DNA from: Amoebophrya sp. A120 | Taxonomy: Eukaryota; Protista; Dinoflagellata | Assembly: GCA_905178155.1 (NCBI GenBank) | Contig: CAJINV010000007.1 | Span: 1,310,627 to 1,374,626, forward strand | Direction: 5' to 3' | DNA length: 64,000 nucleotides | Part shown: piece after piece, positions 50,001-61,328 of the stretch | How the letters are laid out: the number at the start of each line of letters is the position of its first letter | How positions within the stretch are numbered: the stretch's first letter is position 1 | Made by a program: the position numbers and the translations under genes | Notes under the pieces: generated by a model | What the model saw: only the letters and a program-made list of their open reading frames with translations | Told to the model about the DNA's origin: nothing | Databases searched by the model: none

Positions 50001-53000
50001 CAAACGCTTTCCGATGTCCGCATGGCCAATGCGAAACTGGATGTATCAAATGTAAAAATGTCTGGGTCTGGAAGATTCCGAGATTTGTGATGCAGTTTAT
50101 CGAAGCTCCACCAAGTCTGCAACGCAGGGTCTAACATCACAGGATCTGCAGGCCCTTGGTGATGCCTGTTCTGCATCACAAATGCCTTCTCAGCATGGCC
50201 AGAAATGGGCACCTTTTGCAAGTCACGCAATACAGATTTTTGTACGATTCGCAACATGCATCACAAGTTCGAATCCTTCCAGACCCAGACATTTTTGCAT
50301 TTGATAGGATGCCCAGGGTGACCATATCGCGAAGTTGGAGGAGCAGCTGGAAACGACACTGGAAAGAAGAGAGAGGGAATACAAGGTGCGAACAAAGATA
50401 ATATGATCAAGGAGCTTCTACTTCTTGTTTTTACTCTCACATTCTTGTCTGAAAATGACACTGACGCAAGAAATAATAAACATATAAGGCGCAGCACTAT
50501 CGACCTTCATTTTTCATCTGTATGTTGCGAGACGCAAATTTTATGTCTCGCAAATGAACTACAGGAGAACCTCGCCCGTTCCGAGCAGCTGCAACTTGAG
50601 TTGATGGAACAAAGCGAACTTGTGAAGAAACAGTCTATCGAACTGGACTCCGCAAATCGCTATTTGGAGCAGCTGAAAAAAGAAGAAGAAAAGCACTACA
50701 AACAGGTGAAGGACTTGGACCAGAAACTAAGACAAACGAAGAAGGACCGGGACGAGAATTTTGGGCAATTGGAAGACTACGAAGTAGAACTTAGGCGGTT
50801 AGTCCGGGAGGTCGATTCGCTGCGAGAGCAAAACTCGCAACTGAGGAGTAGTACAACACCAGTAGCAGCATTATCAACAAGCGCTGCTAGTAGTAGAGAG
50901 CAAGTGCAAGGGCAAGTAGAAGCCTTGGTAGCTGCACGGCAGCCGGCACATCAAAGTAGCACAACTCCAAAGCGGTCGCCCTCCGTGCAGAAGTCGTCTC
51001 CTTCGCAGCCTTCGCCCGCGGAGCAACCGCTGGCACTAGATCAGGTCAAGATGAGGGCAACCAGCAGCCCACGATCGAGTATTAGAATACAAATTTTTGA
51101 TTTGTGTTGCTGTGCTGCGTGTTGCAATTTTTTCGAAGACCACTTTGTCCTCTGTCAACTACGTGCTGGTCAGAAATACGGTCGAGTGCAGTCCTGATGG
51201 AAGATCGATCAATCACATGATGAGAGGAAAAAATCATAACAGCTCTCCCCGTGGAATCTCGTGCGCCCTCGCGCCCGCGCGGGGTCAGCAGCGTAACTTC
51301 CTCTGCGTCAAAGCGATCGCCCGCTGGTGTTAGGATGAGCTCACCACTGTACCCTGCCGGTGGTACCACAAAGCTGAAGACGCCGCAGGAGACGCCGAAC
51401 CGGGAGAAGTCGGTACCTTTTGCTTGTTGCGTTGATCAACATTGTCGTGCATGGTGAACATAGATTTTGTTCCCTGGAGGTATGCAAGGAAAAGTGAGCA
51501 GATCTAGCATGCGGCCACTGGCAAAAAATATACGTCACAGGCCCACCCCCTCTCCGCTTCTGGCTCAAGAGGCGGACATCTTCAAGGGGGTTTATCGTGA
51601 GAAAAACGTGTTACAGTTACAAACCCGGGTGCAAAAATACAAGCAAGAGGACAGAAATCCTCTGTCATGCAGGAAATGCTCCTTCGTGCCAGCCTCATTC
51701 CATGCGTGTTTTCATCCCTTACAGTCAGCTCTTTGCAAGTTTTTTTTTGCCCTGCAGAGTGAGCAAGTTTGTGCTGCTGAAATTCCAAGAAATGTTGAAC
51801 TGTAGCACTTTTTTTCTTGGATATGGTTCTTCCTCTTCTTCTTCCTCCTCATCGAAGCGGTCTGCTTCCCAGTATCAAATGCAAATATGACTGGGTCTGG
51901 GAGATTGCGAGATTTGTCATGCTAGTCCGGCACGGCTCTGAACTCTGTATTGCGTGGCCGCGAACAGCTCCTCTTGTCTGTCATGCAAAAACGCAATTTC
52001 TCATGCGGAGTACGCAACTCAGAACAACGGAAAAACTTGTCATGCTGGGCAGCGCATAAATACAGTGCGCTCACTATTCCCTTTCTTGCATTACAAGTTT
52101 ATTCCAGACGCAGACATACACATATGTGCAATGGATATCCAGCCCGCCACAACCAATTACCGAATTGTACCCGTTTACGGGCAAACCTTCTACCAGCCAG
52201 CGAAGGGCGATGCCGTCGACGAGCAGCTGGGCAATTTCTTGAACACCCGGGAGCACAGCAAAATCCTGTTTTCTCGCGTTTCGAAGGGGAGGTATCTGTA
52301 CGGGAGGCTGGAGGTGGAGCTCTCCGTCGCTCGCAAATCTTCTGCTTCGGAGCTGGTGAAGCGTGGCGAGAGCAGTAGTGGTACCAACTACACAAAGTTG
52401 CTGAAAGTCAACGTCCTCGTGATGCCCGACGAGTTGAAGCAGGAAGTTGGTGGAGAGGAAGTAGCGAAGGAGATCATGGAAAAACCGTTCACCATAAACG
52501 AGTTCGTGCATTTCTTCGAAGATCTAGAGTTCGACGCGTGTGAGCGGCAGCAGGGTGGAGTTCTTGTTGCACAGGACGAGCTGCCCGAAGAGGATGGTGC
52601 AGCTGGTGGAGGCGCAGCTGCACGAGAAGCCGCCCATGCGGGTGGTGAACTACAGAAAGCTAGAAGAACCCGTGCCGAAAGGGTTGGGACGAGAAGAGGA
52701 GACCACGCTGGTTCAGGGCCAGCTGGAACGGGTACAAGCATTGCAGTAGGGCATCAGTCGGGGGCCAATCATCTCGCAAGTATACCGCATCACCAGGGGC
52801 TGGAACCTCAGCAAAGACTACCTCCCGGCCCGGCGAAGGTTTTCTCTTTCTCGTCGAAGGACGGACTGCATGGTGCGCCGGGTCGTGGACCACCTGCAAA
52901 TTTCCTCCGGAACAATCCCTTTCCCCCACCAGCTTCTTCTTTTTCTGCAACTACAGGGGAAAGCAATAGGAATATTAGCAGCTTGAGAGGTACGACAACT

Positions 53001-54468
53001 ATGGTCCCCTCGTCCGGGCCGCCACCGGCCCAGGCTGGAAATGTTCTCCGCGCTGGCTCCGTTCCGCCCCTCGTAGCTGCTACGGCGGGTCCAACAACAT
53101 CACAGCGCCACTTCGACCAGCAAAAAATGCCGCTCTGCTCCCAGCAATTATCTACCTCCCAGTCCCAGTCGAGGAGATTACCACGGAATCATTTGCTCTA
53201 CAGCCTGCAGACACCCTCGCCGAGTGTGGAGGTGGGAGCTGCACAGGAACCTCCTCAAAATGGAGTGTTGAATGTGGCAAGAATAAACTCACACAATTAT
53301 TCTTCATCATCCGTGTCCGTCGGCGCCCCGCCACCGCGGTTACCCACTAGAATGTCAAGCGCCGGGAGTACATTCAACAATAAGAATTCATCTGCGTCGA
53401 TCCCCATCCCGCCGTTCACGACCCACGTAAACACGGATGGGTCGAAACTCACCACGAACAGCAATCGGACCAATATCAAAACGAAAAATCCCCCCTCCCC
53501 ATATCGAAAACGATGAAATTTGTGATGCTGTATTTGAGTACACAAATCGACTTGTAATGCTAGAAGGCCAAGAGACGCAGCTGTGGCCTCGTTTGCAGGC
53601 AATTTGTCATGCTGTCTCCCACTTCCAGCTGCCCCCTGTCATGCTGAAGATGCAAGGCTCTTCCACGCCAACCAGCATTACAGTCCGCATCTTTTCCCTT
53701 CTAGCATGACAAAGCTGATTTGTGACCACAAATCTGCATCGCAAATTTCTAGTTTGAGTATGGGGTGGGGGGATTTTCCATTTTGATAACCAATTCCAGG
53801 GAAAGATCGCACACTTTCGGGACTGTCGCTGGGGAACATGAGCCGCCTGTGAACTTGAGCAGAGGTTATGCATTGCTGTTTTGGAAGTATCGATCTCGGT
53901 CTGGAAAAGCAGTGCCAGGTTTGTCATGCTCGGCTAGGCGCGTGACTGGCAAGACTGTCATGCATGGCGCCCAAAAGTTAAAGTGCCACTTTTCTGTGAT
54001 TCATGCAAAGACGCGGTCGTCTATAATGCAGAAAACACAAGAACATCAATCTACACGTTGTACTTCCAGCATGATCCCCAAACCTTGTCATGCTTCGCCG
54101 TCAGAAATTCAGGCTCTCTCGTGATTGTCCAACCCGCATCTTGTTTCCAGACCCAGACGAAAGTGTTTGCATTCGATAATAGAGCAGGTGGCAGTGGGGC
54201 TACATCAAGCGGAAACAACAGTGGCAAACTGCTTGCCGCCTCGCTCAGTACCAGGCAACTGCAGCGGCCAAGTTCTGCGGGGGGGAACGTACAACCACAA
54301 GGCGCCTCTGTGGGTGCAGCCAATTCCCCCTTTGGCCCCATCCCCACGACCGGTGTGATACCCGCAGCGCATTTGCGACCCCCGCCGGCGCTGAACGTTG
54401 CGGCCGCCTTTGCGAACAAAATGGCTGGATCCTACTCCGTGCCGCAAAGTGTGCGGTTTGCGCAATGA
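47003..54468 (+). CDS. Long coiled-coil protein with GAS2/GAR-like domain (cytoskeletal), ~16 exons
   Basis: E/Q/K/L heptad-rich exons joined in frame. FYQPAKGDAVDEQLGNFLN...ILFSRVSKGRYLYG...TINEFV resembles the protist GAS2-type domain. Confidence 0.7.
47374..47648. mobile_element. Aged introner, family B, now bounded by GT-AG
   Basis: TATGCATTG..TGCCTGGAG...CTCCAGGCCCAGACATATTTGCAATGCACA; TSD lost. Confidence 0.8.
47769..47945. mobile_element. Introner, family F
   Basis: Family F TIR; TSD agaaa. Confidence 0.93.
47958..48225. mobile_element. Introner, D-like
   Basis: TATCCGAAGGAAAAAA...TTTTTTCTTCGTATA; TSD aaagg. Confidence 0.88.
48471..48791. mobile_element. Introner, family G
   Basis: Family G TIR; TSD ggcga. 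Confidence 0.92.
48892..49173. mobile_element. Introner, family B
   Basis: Family B TIR; TSD tcgaa/tcgga. Confidence 0.9.
49229..49528. mobile_element. Introner, family C
   Basis: Close relative of 32780-33101; TSD ttttc. Confidence 0.93.
50044..50306. mobile_element. Introner, family B
   Basis: Family B TIR; TSD ggatg. Confidence 0.93.
51593..51823. mobile_element. Introner, family D
   Basis: TATCGTGAGAAAAACGTG...CACTTTTTTTCTTGGATA; TSD gggtt/tggtt. Confidence 0.85.
51873..52137. mobile_element. Introner, family B
   Basis: Family B TIR; TSD cccag/tccag. Confidence 0.88.
53474..53788. mobile_element. Introner, family C
   Basis: Family C TIR; TSD accaa. Confidence 0.92.
53867..54178. mobile_element. 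Aged introner, family B
   Basis: Degenerate family B TIR; removing element plus 5 nt is in frame (RG|AGGSG). Confidence 0.8.
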
Positions 54469-55609
54469 TGAGTGGAGGTGTCTGTTGTAGTCCACGAACA
54501 AGCTACAGAGCCTCGACTCTTCAAGCGGAAAGTTAGTATAGAAGCTGCTTCAAATGTGGTCTCTTTGTAGAAGAAGTTCTCATTCTCATACGTACATTAG
54601 ATCGGTGACGCAAACAACCAGTATAATTCGTGCGCTGGAAAATTTCAAAAACCACATACGACAACATGGACCGAATGAAATTTCTTACATCGCAAGAACG
54701 TCCAAGACCAAGTGGAACTTTTTCACCCTGCTCCTTTGCGCAGATTTGCTACGAAAAGGAAGTTTCTGTCCGATGCTAGTGCATTTAAACGTGGTACTAC
54801 TGCCACTAGTACCAGGTTCATCGAAGAAGGTCGGTAAGGAAAAAAGTGAGTATTGTCAACGTGCATGAAGACAGAACGTGGAGCACCTCGGTTTTGTAAA
54901 TATATAATGCTGGTCGCATTTTTGTTTTAGTTTTTCGTCTCGGTTGTACAACTTGCCAAGCAGCTCTGCTACTTCCGTTTAAATTGGCTCTAATAAGTAC
55001 GTGCAACACCCCGTTTCTACGATACTAATGAACCACCTCGGTCGTGCCACCTCGCATCATGCTCGGTTTTCGTACAGTGCTTCTAGTCACCGAAGTTTAA
55101 CATCGTACGACTGTAACGTAGCTCGTTCAGGATTACTTACACAAATCGTTTTTCGCCGGTTAAGGTCCTGTACGAAAAGTAGATACGGACCACGGGAGAG
55201 GCGTGTCCTCACTCCTTCGTACAGTTTGGGCCGATACTTGTTTTTGTGACGATTTTAGACACAAATAACTTGTGATGTTGTTGAATTCATGGAGCTTTTC
55301 CTTCTAAAGCACAGGTGCAGGACCAGTTCGCGCACTTCACTTCTCCCAATTCCATTACCCGTATCAATACTTAGCACTGGTCGGTTTCTGATTGTGATGG
55401 TCCTCTTTCGAAAACTTAAACTACATTAGGCGCAACTACTACAACTAGAACTACACTGCTGTATCTTTTTCACATGTAGCGCGACGGCGCGGACCTTTTT
55501 GACGACGTACTTTCTTTCCATTTTGAGGCCTTGACTTGCTGCGGCTTGCTCGGCTTCTGATCTACTCATCTTCTTCCTCTGGTGATAAATATTCATCCAG
55601 GTGAACAAG

Positions 55610-58600
55610 ATGGACGCATCGGCACCCGAAACGCCGAAGACGCGGCCTGATGAGATGACGGCCGCTCCGGTCGTGGCTACCGGGTCTCCGATCGACGCGA
55701 AGAGGATGCAAGAGGGAGCGAAAGTCGACCACATGGAGCTTGCTTTCCCCGAGACTGGAGCAGCGAGCACCGTGATCACAACCCACTTCAACGCACGCAG
55801 TCTCTTTTTGGGCTCCTTTTTCTTCTGGTTATTCGTTTCCGCTGGGCGGTTCATTCTGTTTCCGTTCTTCGGCATCATATCCCGAGAAAAATAAACGGTC
55901 TCAGTCTCAAACTCTACTTTGCAGTAGACTTTGCATAATAGGTTCGCGAAGTAGGATAAACAAAACCGGCAATCATGCGTCAAAAATAAAGTAAAACCCA
56001 AGAGATGAAAACACGCATATTTTTAAAGGACCTCGTAGTTCCACCTGCTCTTGCATGTCGAGCATGTTGACCAAAAACAGTCTGAACGAAGTTCCGCAAC
56101 ACAAGATGAGACTGAGACAGCTTTTTCTTGCCTATACACCACCCCGCTGATGTACTTCTCCATTGTCGACACGGCGATTGTGACCCTGCACGTTTTGGTG
56201 CTGTTCTACATGAACGAGCGGTACCACTTTCGCCCCCACTATCTGTACGCGCACCAGAAAGCCGTGGCACAGAACAAGTTTCTGCCTTACGAGCGCCCGG
56301 CCGCTCCTGCTTTGACGCCTTCTGCCCCCACTCCGCGGTTAACGGTGCGCGCCACGGAACTCGTCGTGGACGAACACGCACTTGCGGTGATTTCGGACCA
56401 AAAGCACCTATCCAACTGCACAAGAACTCTCCCTCCTCCCCATTTGTATGATCTTCGATGTTCATCATCTTGAAGAACAGCAACAGAAACAACAGCAGAG
56501 ATGTTGTAGCTTCTGCATGTGAAGACAAGTCCACAGGACACGAAAAATAAATAGAAGGACTATAAGGGAAAAAATCACCGCAACCTTCAGAAGAAAATTC
56601 TTCAGAAGAACCTTCAGAAGAAAACAAAAATCTTCTGAAGGTTCAAAAATGGCTGTTTTGAAAAAGACACAAAATCGGAACGGATTCAGGTCCTGTTTCA
56701 AGAAAAACAATTTTTTTTTTCAGACCTTCAGAAGCTTTTGTCGAGTTTTGACCTTCAGGAAGGTTTTTGAAACCTTCAGAAGAATTTTGATGCACAAAAG
56801 CTTCTGAAGGTTTGTCAGCTGTTCACTTTTGACCTTCCTGAAGGTTTTTAACCTTCTGAAGGTGCAATTTTTGCAACCTTCTGAAGGCCGAATGAAAAAA
56901 GTGGCGTCTTTTACAAAAAAAATTGCAAAAAGTCGCGAGTTTTTTTTTGACCTTCAGAAGGTCAAAAAACCTTCCTGAAGGCCTTCAGAAGGTTGCAGTT
57001 CTTCTGAAGGTCCAAAAATCTTCTGAAGGTTTTCTGCAGCTTTCCGCAAGCTTGCGAACCCAAAAAATGTTTTCTTCGACTAACGCGCCGCGTGGAAAGA
57101 GCGCGACTTGGCCTCGTTCGCGTTTAGATGCTTCGCGCACTGCTGTCGCGATTCCCGTCGCTCAAGAAGCGCCTGGCACTTTGACAAGAAACCAAAGCTG
57201 CCCGCTTTTGTAAAAACAAAAGGCGAGACCTGGCTAGGTAGCGGACAACAGGCGAGTTCTTTCCTGGTTTCTTCCTGATCTGGCCGGGCCTCCGAAATAA
57301 AAGCCGCCAAAGCTGGCCACTATTGTAAAGCGAGAAGCGACCTCGTTGCTTGTTTGTTAGTCTGGGCCTCAGAGACGAAGCCAAAAGCTGACCGTCTTTG
57401 TTTTCTCCCGAATTTGGCCACTTCGAGAGAAGCCAAACGCGGCCACTTTATTAGAGCCGACAAAGTCGAGCGCGAAAATTTTTCAGGGCAGACTGGCATG
57501 AAAATGGGGCCTACGCTGAAGAGTTGCTTTATTTTTTCCCACGCGGCGCACGCCGCGTGGATTGGTTCTTACTTACTATGTAGTTTTATCGTGTCTTCGG
57601 AGTACTGATGTACAACTGCTTCGTATAAGTAACTGCAAGAGTTGATGATGTCCATCCTCGGACCCCCTACAACGTCCCATGGCTGGGATCTTCATTGCAA
57701 TTATTCGCATGACAAGTAATAGGTGGGGGTTGACGAGTTGTGCACATGGATAGCAGCACCCGCAGGTGCACAAGCAGGTGAAGAACTACATGCGGGCGTC
57801 CATGCGGCGGGACAGCACCCGGAGCCTCCTCGGAGGGCCTAGTCCGCACGGCTCACCGAGGTCCGACGTCGGGGCCAACAAGGCGGAAGACGCTGCAAGA
57901 AATGCATCCCCGCGATCCGACGTGGTTGCAGCTGCAGCCCAGCAACAAGCTGGTGAACAAGCTGGAGCAGCCCCCCTTGCAAATGTTGATGTTGAGCGCC
58001 CGGCCCCCGCGCAGGGGCAGCAGCTGTTGGCGCCGGTGTCCCCAGAACACGTGGATTTCGCGGATGCGACCAGCAACGTTGGCGCAGATCAGCAGGGCGT
58101 GGTTCCGTACGTGCCGGCGGCCTGGGGTTCCACGGGCGACAACGAAATCATCCACTGCTTTGCCGTGTTGCACTACAAGGAGCCGGAGGAACAGCTGTAC
58201 ACGTTGTGCGAGAACCTGGCGGACCAGAAGGCCCGGGGCCGCAAGGTGCTCCTGATCGGCATGGAGAAGGGCACGCCGGACAAGGAAAAGAAGATGGAGA
58301 AGATTGCCGAGATTGCCAACACCCACCCGATCCGGGGGGGGCCGGGGGAACAGGACCGACCGGCGTTCGAGGCCGTGCTGTACACGGTGCACACCCTCCG
58401 GCCGGGCGAAATCCCCGGCACCGGCAGCAACCACTTCCAGTGCCAAGTGGTGGCCGAGCTGTTCTTCGGGCAAGCGGGCGAGCACATGCTCGACAAAGTC
58501 ATCTTCTTATCACAGGAAAAAAGTTAATGTTAACGGAATTTCAATTTCAATTTGTGATGCAATGACGCATCACAAAACGCGCCCGAATTTGTCATCCATA

Positions 58601-61328
58601 GCATTCATATTTTTTTATATAAGTAGGCAAAAGTTGTAGTCACGCGTCCGACTGCACTCTGTGAAAACCGTTAACGTTATACTCTTTTTTGTTTGATACT
58701 TCTCCAAGTTCGACTGCAACATGAGGCTGTCCGGGCCGCTGGTGGAGGAGATGGAGGCCGCGTGGGAACTCACGCACGAGGACGAGCGGGTGGGGCTTTC
58801 CTTCATGCCCAATGTGTGCTGGGCCGCGGACGTGCACGACGAGAAGCGGTCGGCGTGCGAGATCGCGGCGAGCTGCGCCATGTGCTGCGGCATGAACATC
58901 GCGCCGTTCTCGATCGCCTTCGTGTCCGGGTCCCTGGCCAGTGCCATCAAGGCGGGCTACACCAGCCCCACGCTGCTCCCCGAGGACGAGATGCTGTTCA
59001 CGAAGCGGGCCGTGATGGTGCCGCACTCGCGCACGGTCCGCCTGTACTCCCGCGTGATGAAGACGTTCTACCCGGCCGAGTGCAGCTCCTACACCTTCGT
59101 GTTCGGCGTGTTCTGGCCCAAGTACAAGCGGTGGTTCGCCGGGTGGCTCGAGCTCCACGCGTACATGTTTTGCTGGCTGGTGCTCGGCCCCCGCTTGGCC
59201 TCCATGCACGACGAACACCCGCGCCGCCGCAGCGTGTACTGGCCGCGCGCCTGGTTCATCTTCTTGATGAGTGTCCTCCGGAAGTACATGTGCATGGTCG
59301 CCGCCGTGGGCGCCATCCCGATGACCTTCGTCCACATAAGCGCGTGGAACGATTCCGATCACTACCTGGACTACGGGCGCGGGAACTATCACATGGAGGT
59401 CGAGGACTGGCTCTACGAAATCTTTGCCACGAACCCGTCGTTATCAACTGCAAATATCGATATTCGCGCTGGATGTCTGGAACATTTTTTGCCGAGTTTG
59501 TCATCGACAAATTGTACATGACGCGCTCCCGCAATTTTCATGTTGCCTGCGATGCATGCTCTAGCATCAACAACATAGCTTTTATTGCGAAGCAGGTTTG
59601 CAGCCCATGCCTGTCCTGCAGGAGAAATAGTTCTTCTTGGCTACTTTCTAAGTGCCTTTTGCTGCTCATGCAGTACGTCGTGTTTTTGTATGATAGAAGC
59701 GCCATGATCGCAAGGGGGCGCCGCCATTCTTTCCAGATCGGAGGACATAGTATTTTTGCAATGCATAGTCGCACGCGTACATGACGGAGGCGTACGGATA
59801 TCCCCTGTCGGACGAGTACATGCGGTCCCTTATCCTGCGGAAAAACGCCCCCACCCCATAGTTGTCATGCAAATCTGCATGCTCAAAGTGTTTGTCATGC
59901 CGAGCCCCATGAGAAGCGATTTCTAGTTGTGTTTTGGAATTTGTTATGCTCCAATCAGCATAATAGGCTAGATCTGTGATGCTGCTGAACTAGCTAAACA
60001 GGACTACACTACGAAGCCAACTTTGTCATGCGCAACGGCCAAAGCTTCTGCATTTGTCTAGCAGATTTCCCATTTTGCCTATGGGGTGGGGACGCTTTTA
60101 CCCAGGATAGCCCTCCAGAACTACCGCCGGGCCCAGTTTCAAACGATGCTGGTAGCGGTCGGGACTTTTTTCGCCGTGATCACCGCCTTCCGCTCGCTGC
60201 GGAAATTCTACCTGGCTTTCCCAGGGGTCATGAAGTTCAACGCCTGGGCTTTCTTCAAGGGCTTTCTCGTGACGGGGCCCATGAGCTTATTGATGACGTT
60301 CGCTCTGCTGTACACCTACCTGAAACACGGGCTTTTGAACGAGCCGATGTTGCATTCCGCGCAGGGAGATACGGTGGCGGCCATGCAGAAGGGCGGCGCA
60401 CCATCTTCCGCGTCGCCGTCGGGCGACAAGCCCTCGCAAGAAGGAACAAGAACTTCTGCGCAAAACGTCGCACAACCGGCGCAAGAACTGCAAAGCGAAC
60501 AAGTGCAGCCAGAACAAACGACGCCTATCCCGTGGAAAAACGCCCCCATCCCCATACCTGTCATGTAAATCTGCAAGCCTGAGAGAGCTGCTTCTCTTTC
60601 TCATGCGCAGCCCCATGAGGAGCAGGAGGGAGAGGAGGAGCATTTATTTCCATTGCTATCCTCTGGAAGTTTCAAGTTTGTCATGCTCGAATCAGCATAC
60701 GCAACCTGCGTGAGGATTTGTGGTGCCGCTTAGGTTTATTCGCTAGCTAAACAGGATTAATGCACGACTGCGAGCTCAGGTGACCATTTGTCTTGCGCAA
60801 CAGCCAAAGCAAACCTCGGTTGTTGATTTGTGTAGCAGAATTCCTAGCTTCGTGGCCCTGGAGTGGGGACGTTTTTGCTCCGGATAGCTTCACCTGCTGA
60901 CGTCCTTCCCAGGGAGTCCCAGCAGTCTCAACAGTCGTCCAAACCAGCAGAGCCACAACATCTGGCGGTCCCCATGCCCCAGGTGCAGGTGGACGCAGAG
61001 AAATTGGATGCAGAAATACGTTATGCATTGCAAATATGTCTGGGTCTCCTGGATCTGGAAAGATTGGAACTCGTCATGCAAAGTCTCGATCTTTGCAAAA
61101 AAGTCTGTGTAGTTGCATCATGAACTGCACCAAAAGTTGGCCTTTTCTTGCTAGGCAAAAGGCGGACTTCTCATTCGCGGTCGGCGTCAGGAGGGTCTCG
61201 CAAAATCTGTGATGCTTCTGTGCGCATTCCAGAGCGTACTCGTGGTCCGCGAGATGCATGACAAATAATCTTGCTTTCTTCCAGACCCAGACATGTTTGC
61301 AGTGCATATACTTACCTCGTATATGTAA
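55610..61328 (+). CDS. Membrane glycosyltransferase, GT2-like
   Basis: Motifs HYKEP, LIGMEKG, HTLRPGEIPGTGSN, FSKFDCN (DxD position), PEDEMLF, KYKRWFAG (QxxRW-like) plus transmembrane helices. Seven introners removed in frame. The 3' end is uncertain. Confidence 0.7.
55878..56136. mobile_element. Introner, D-like
   Basis: TATCCCGAGAAAAA..GTCTCAGTCTCA...TGAGACTGAGAC..TTTTTCTTGCCTATA; TSD catca/cacca. Confidence 0.87.
56409..57752. mobile_element. Long introner, E-like (1.34 kb) with a probable nested element
   Basis: TATCCAACTGCACAA...TTGTGCACATGGATA; TSD gcacc/gcagc; in-frame join. Confidence 0.85.
56580..57030. repeat. Cluster of ACCTTCAGAAG / CTTCTGAAGGT motifs in both orientations
   Basis: More than 15 copies or variants seen directly. 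Confidence 0.9.
58508..58698. mobile_element. Introner, D/F-like
   Basis: TATCACAGGAAAAAAG..GTTAACGG...CCGTTAAC..CTTTTTTGTTTGATA; TSD cttct. Confidence 0.9.
59442..59767. mobile_element. Introner, family B (diverged)
   Basis: TATCAACTGCAAATAT...TTTTTGCAATGCATA; TSD gtcgt/gtcgc. Confidence 0.85.
59831..60109. mobile_element. Introner, family A, inverted
   Basis: Reverse-complement relative of the 2325 and 17875 copies; TSD tccct/gccct. Confidence 0.9.
60526..60886. mobile_element. Aged introner, family A
   Basis: TATCCCGTGGAAAAACGCCCCCA...TGGGGACGTTTTTGCTCCGGATA; TSD decayed; removing element plus 5 nt is in frame. Confidence 0.82.
61022..61308. mobile_element. Introner, family B
   Basis: TATGCATTGCAAATATGTCTGGGTC...GACCCAGACATGTTTGCAGTGCATA; TSD tacgt/tactt. 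Confidence 0.9.

Noticed and set aside
56580-57030. CRISPR-like array
   Set aside because: Repeats are ~11 bp, irregularly spaced and in both orientations, in a eukaryotic context with no cas genes.
2325-61308. TA target duplication (Tc1/mariner MITE) interpretation of the elements
   Set aside because: The TA belongs to the TAT...ATA TIR. The real duplication is the outer 5 bp, and only element-plus-5 removal restores conserved motifs.
5144-61328. Stop-codon reassignment or pseudogenisation to explain the fragmented ORFs
   Set aside because: After intron removal the reconstructed genes have no internal stops and end in standard TAA, TAG or TGA.
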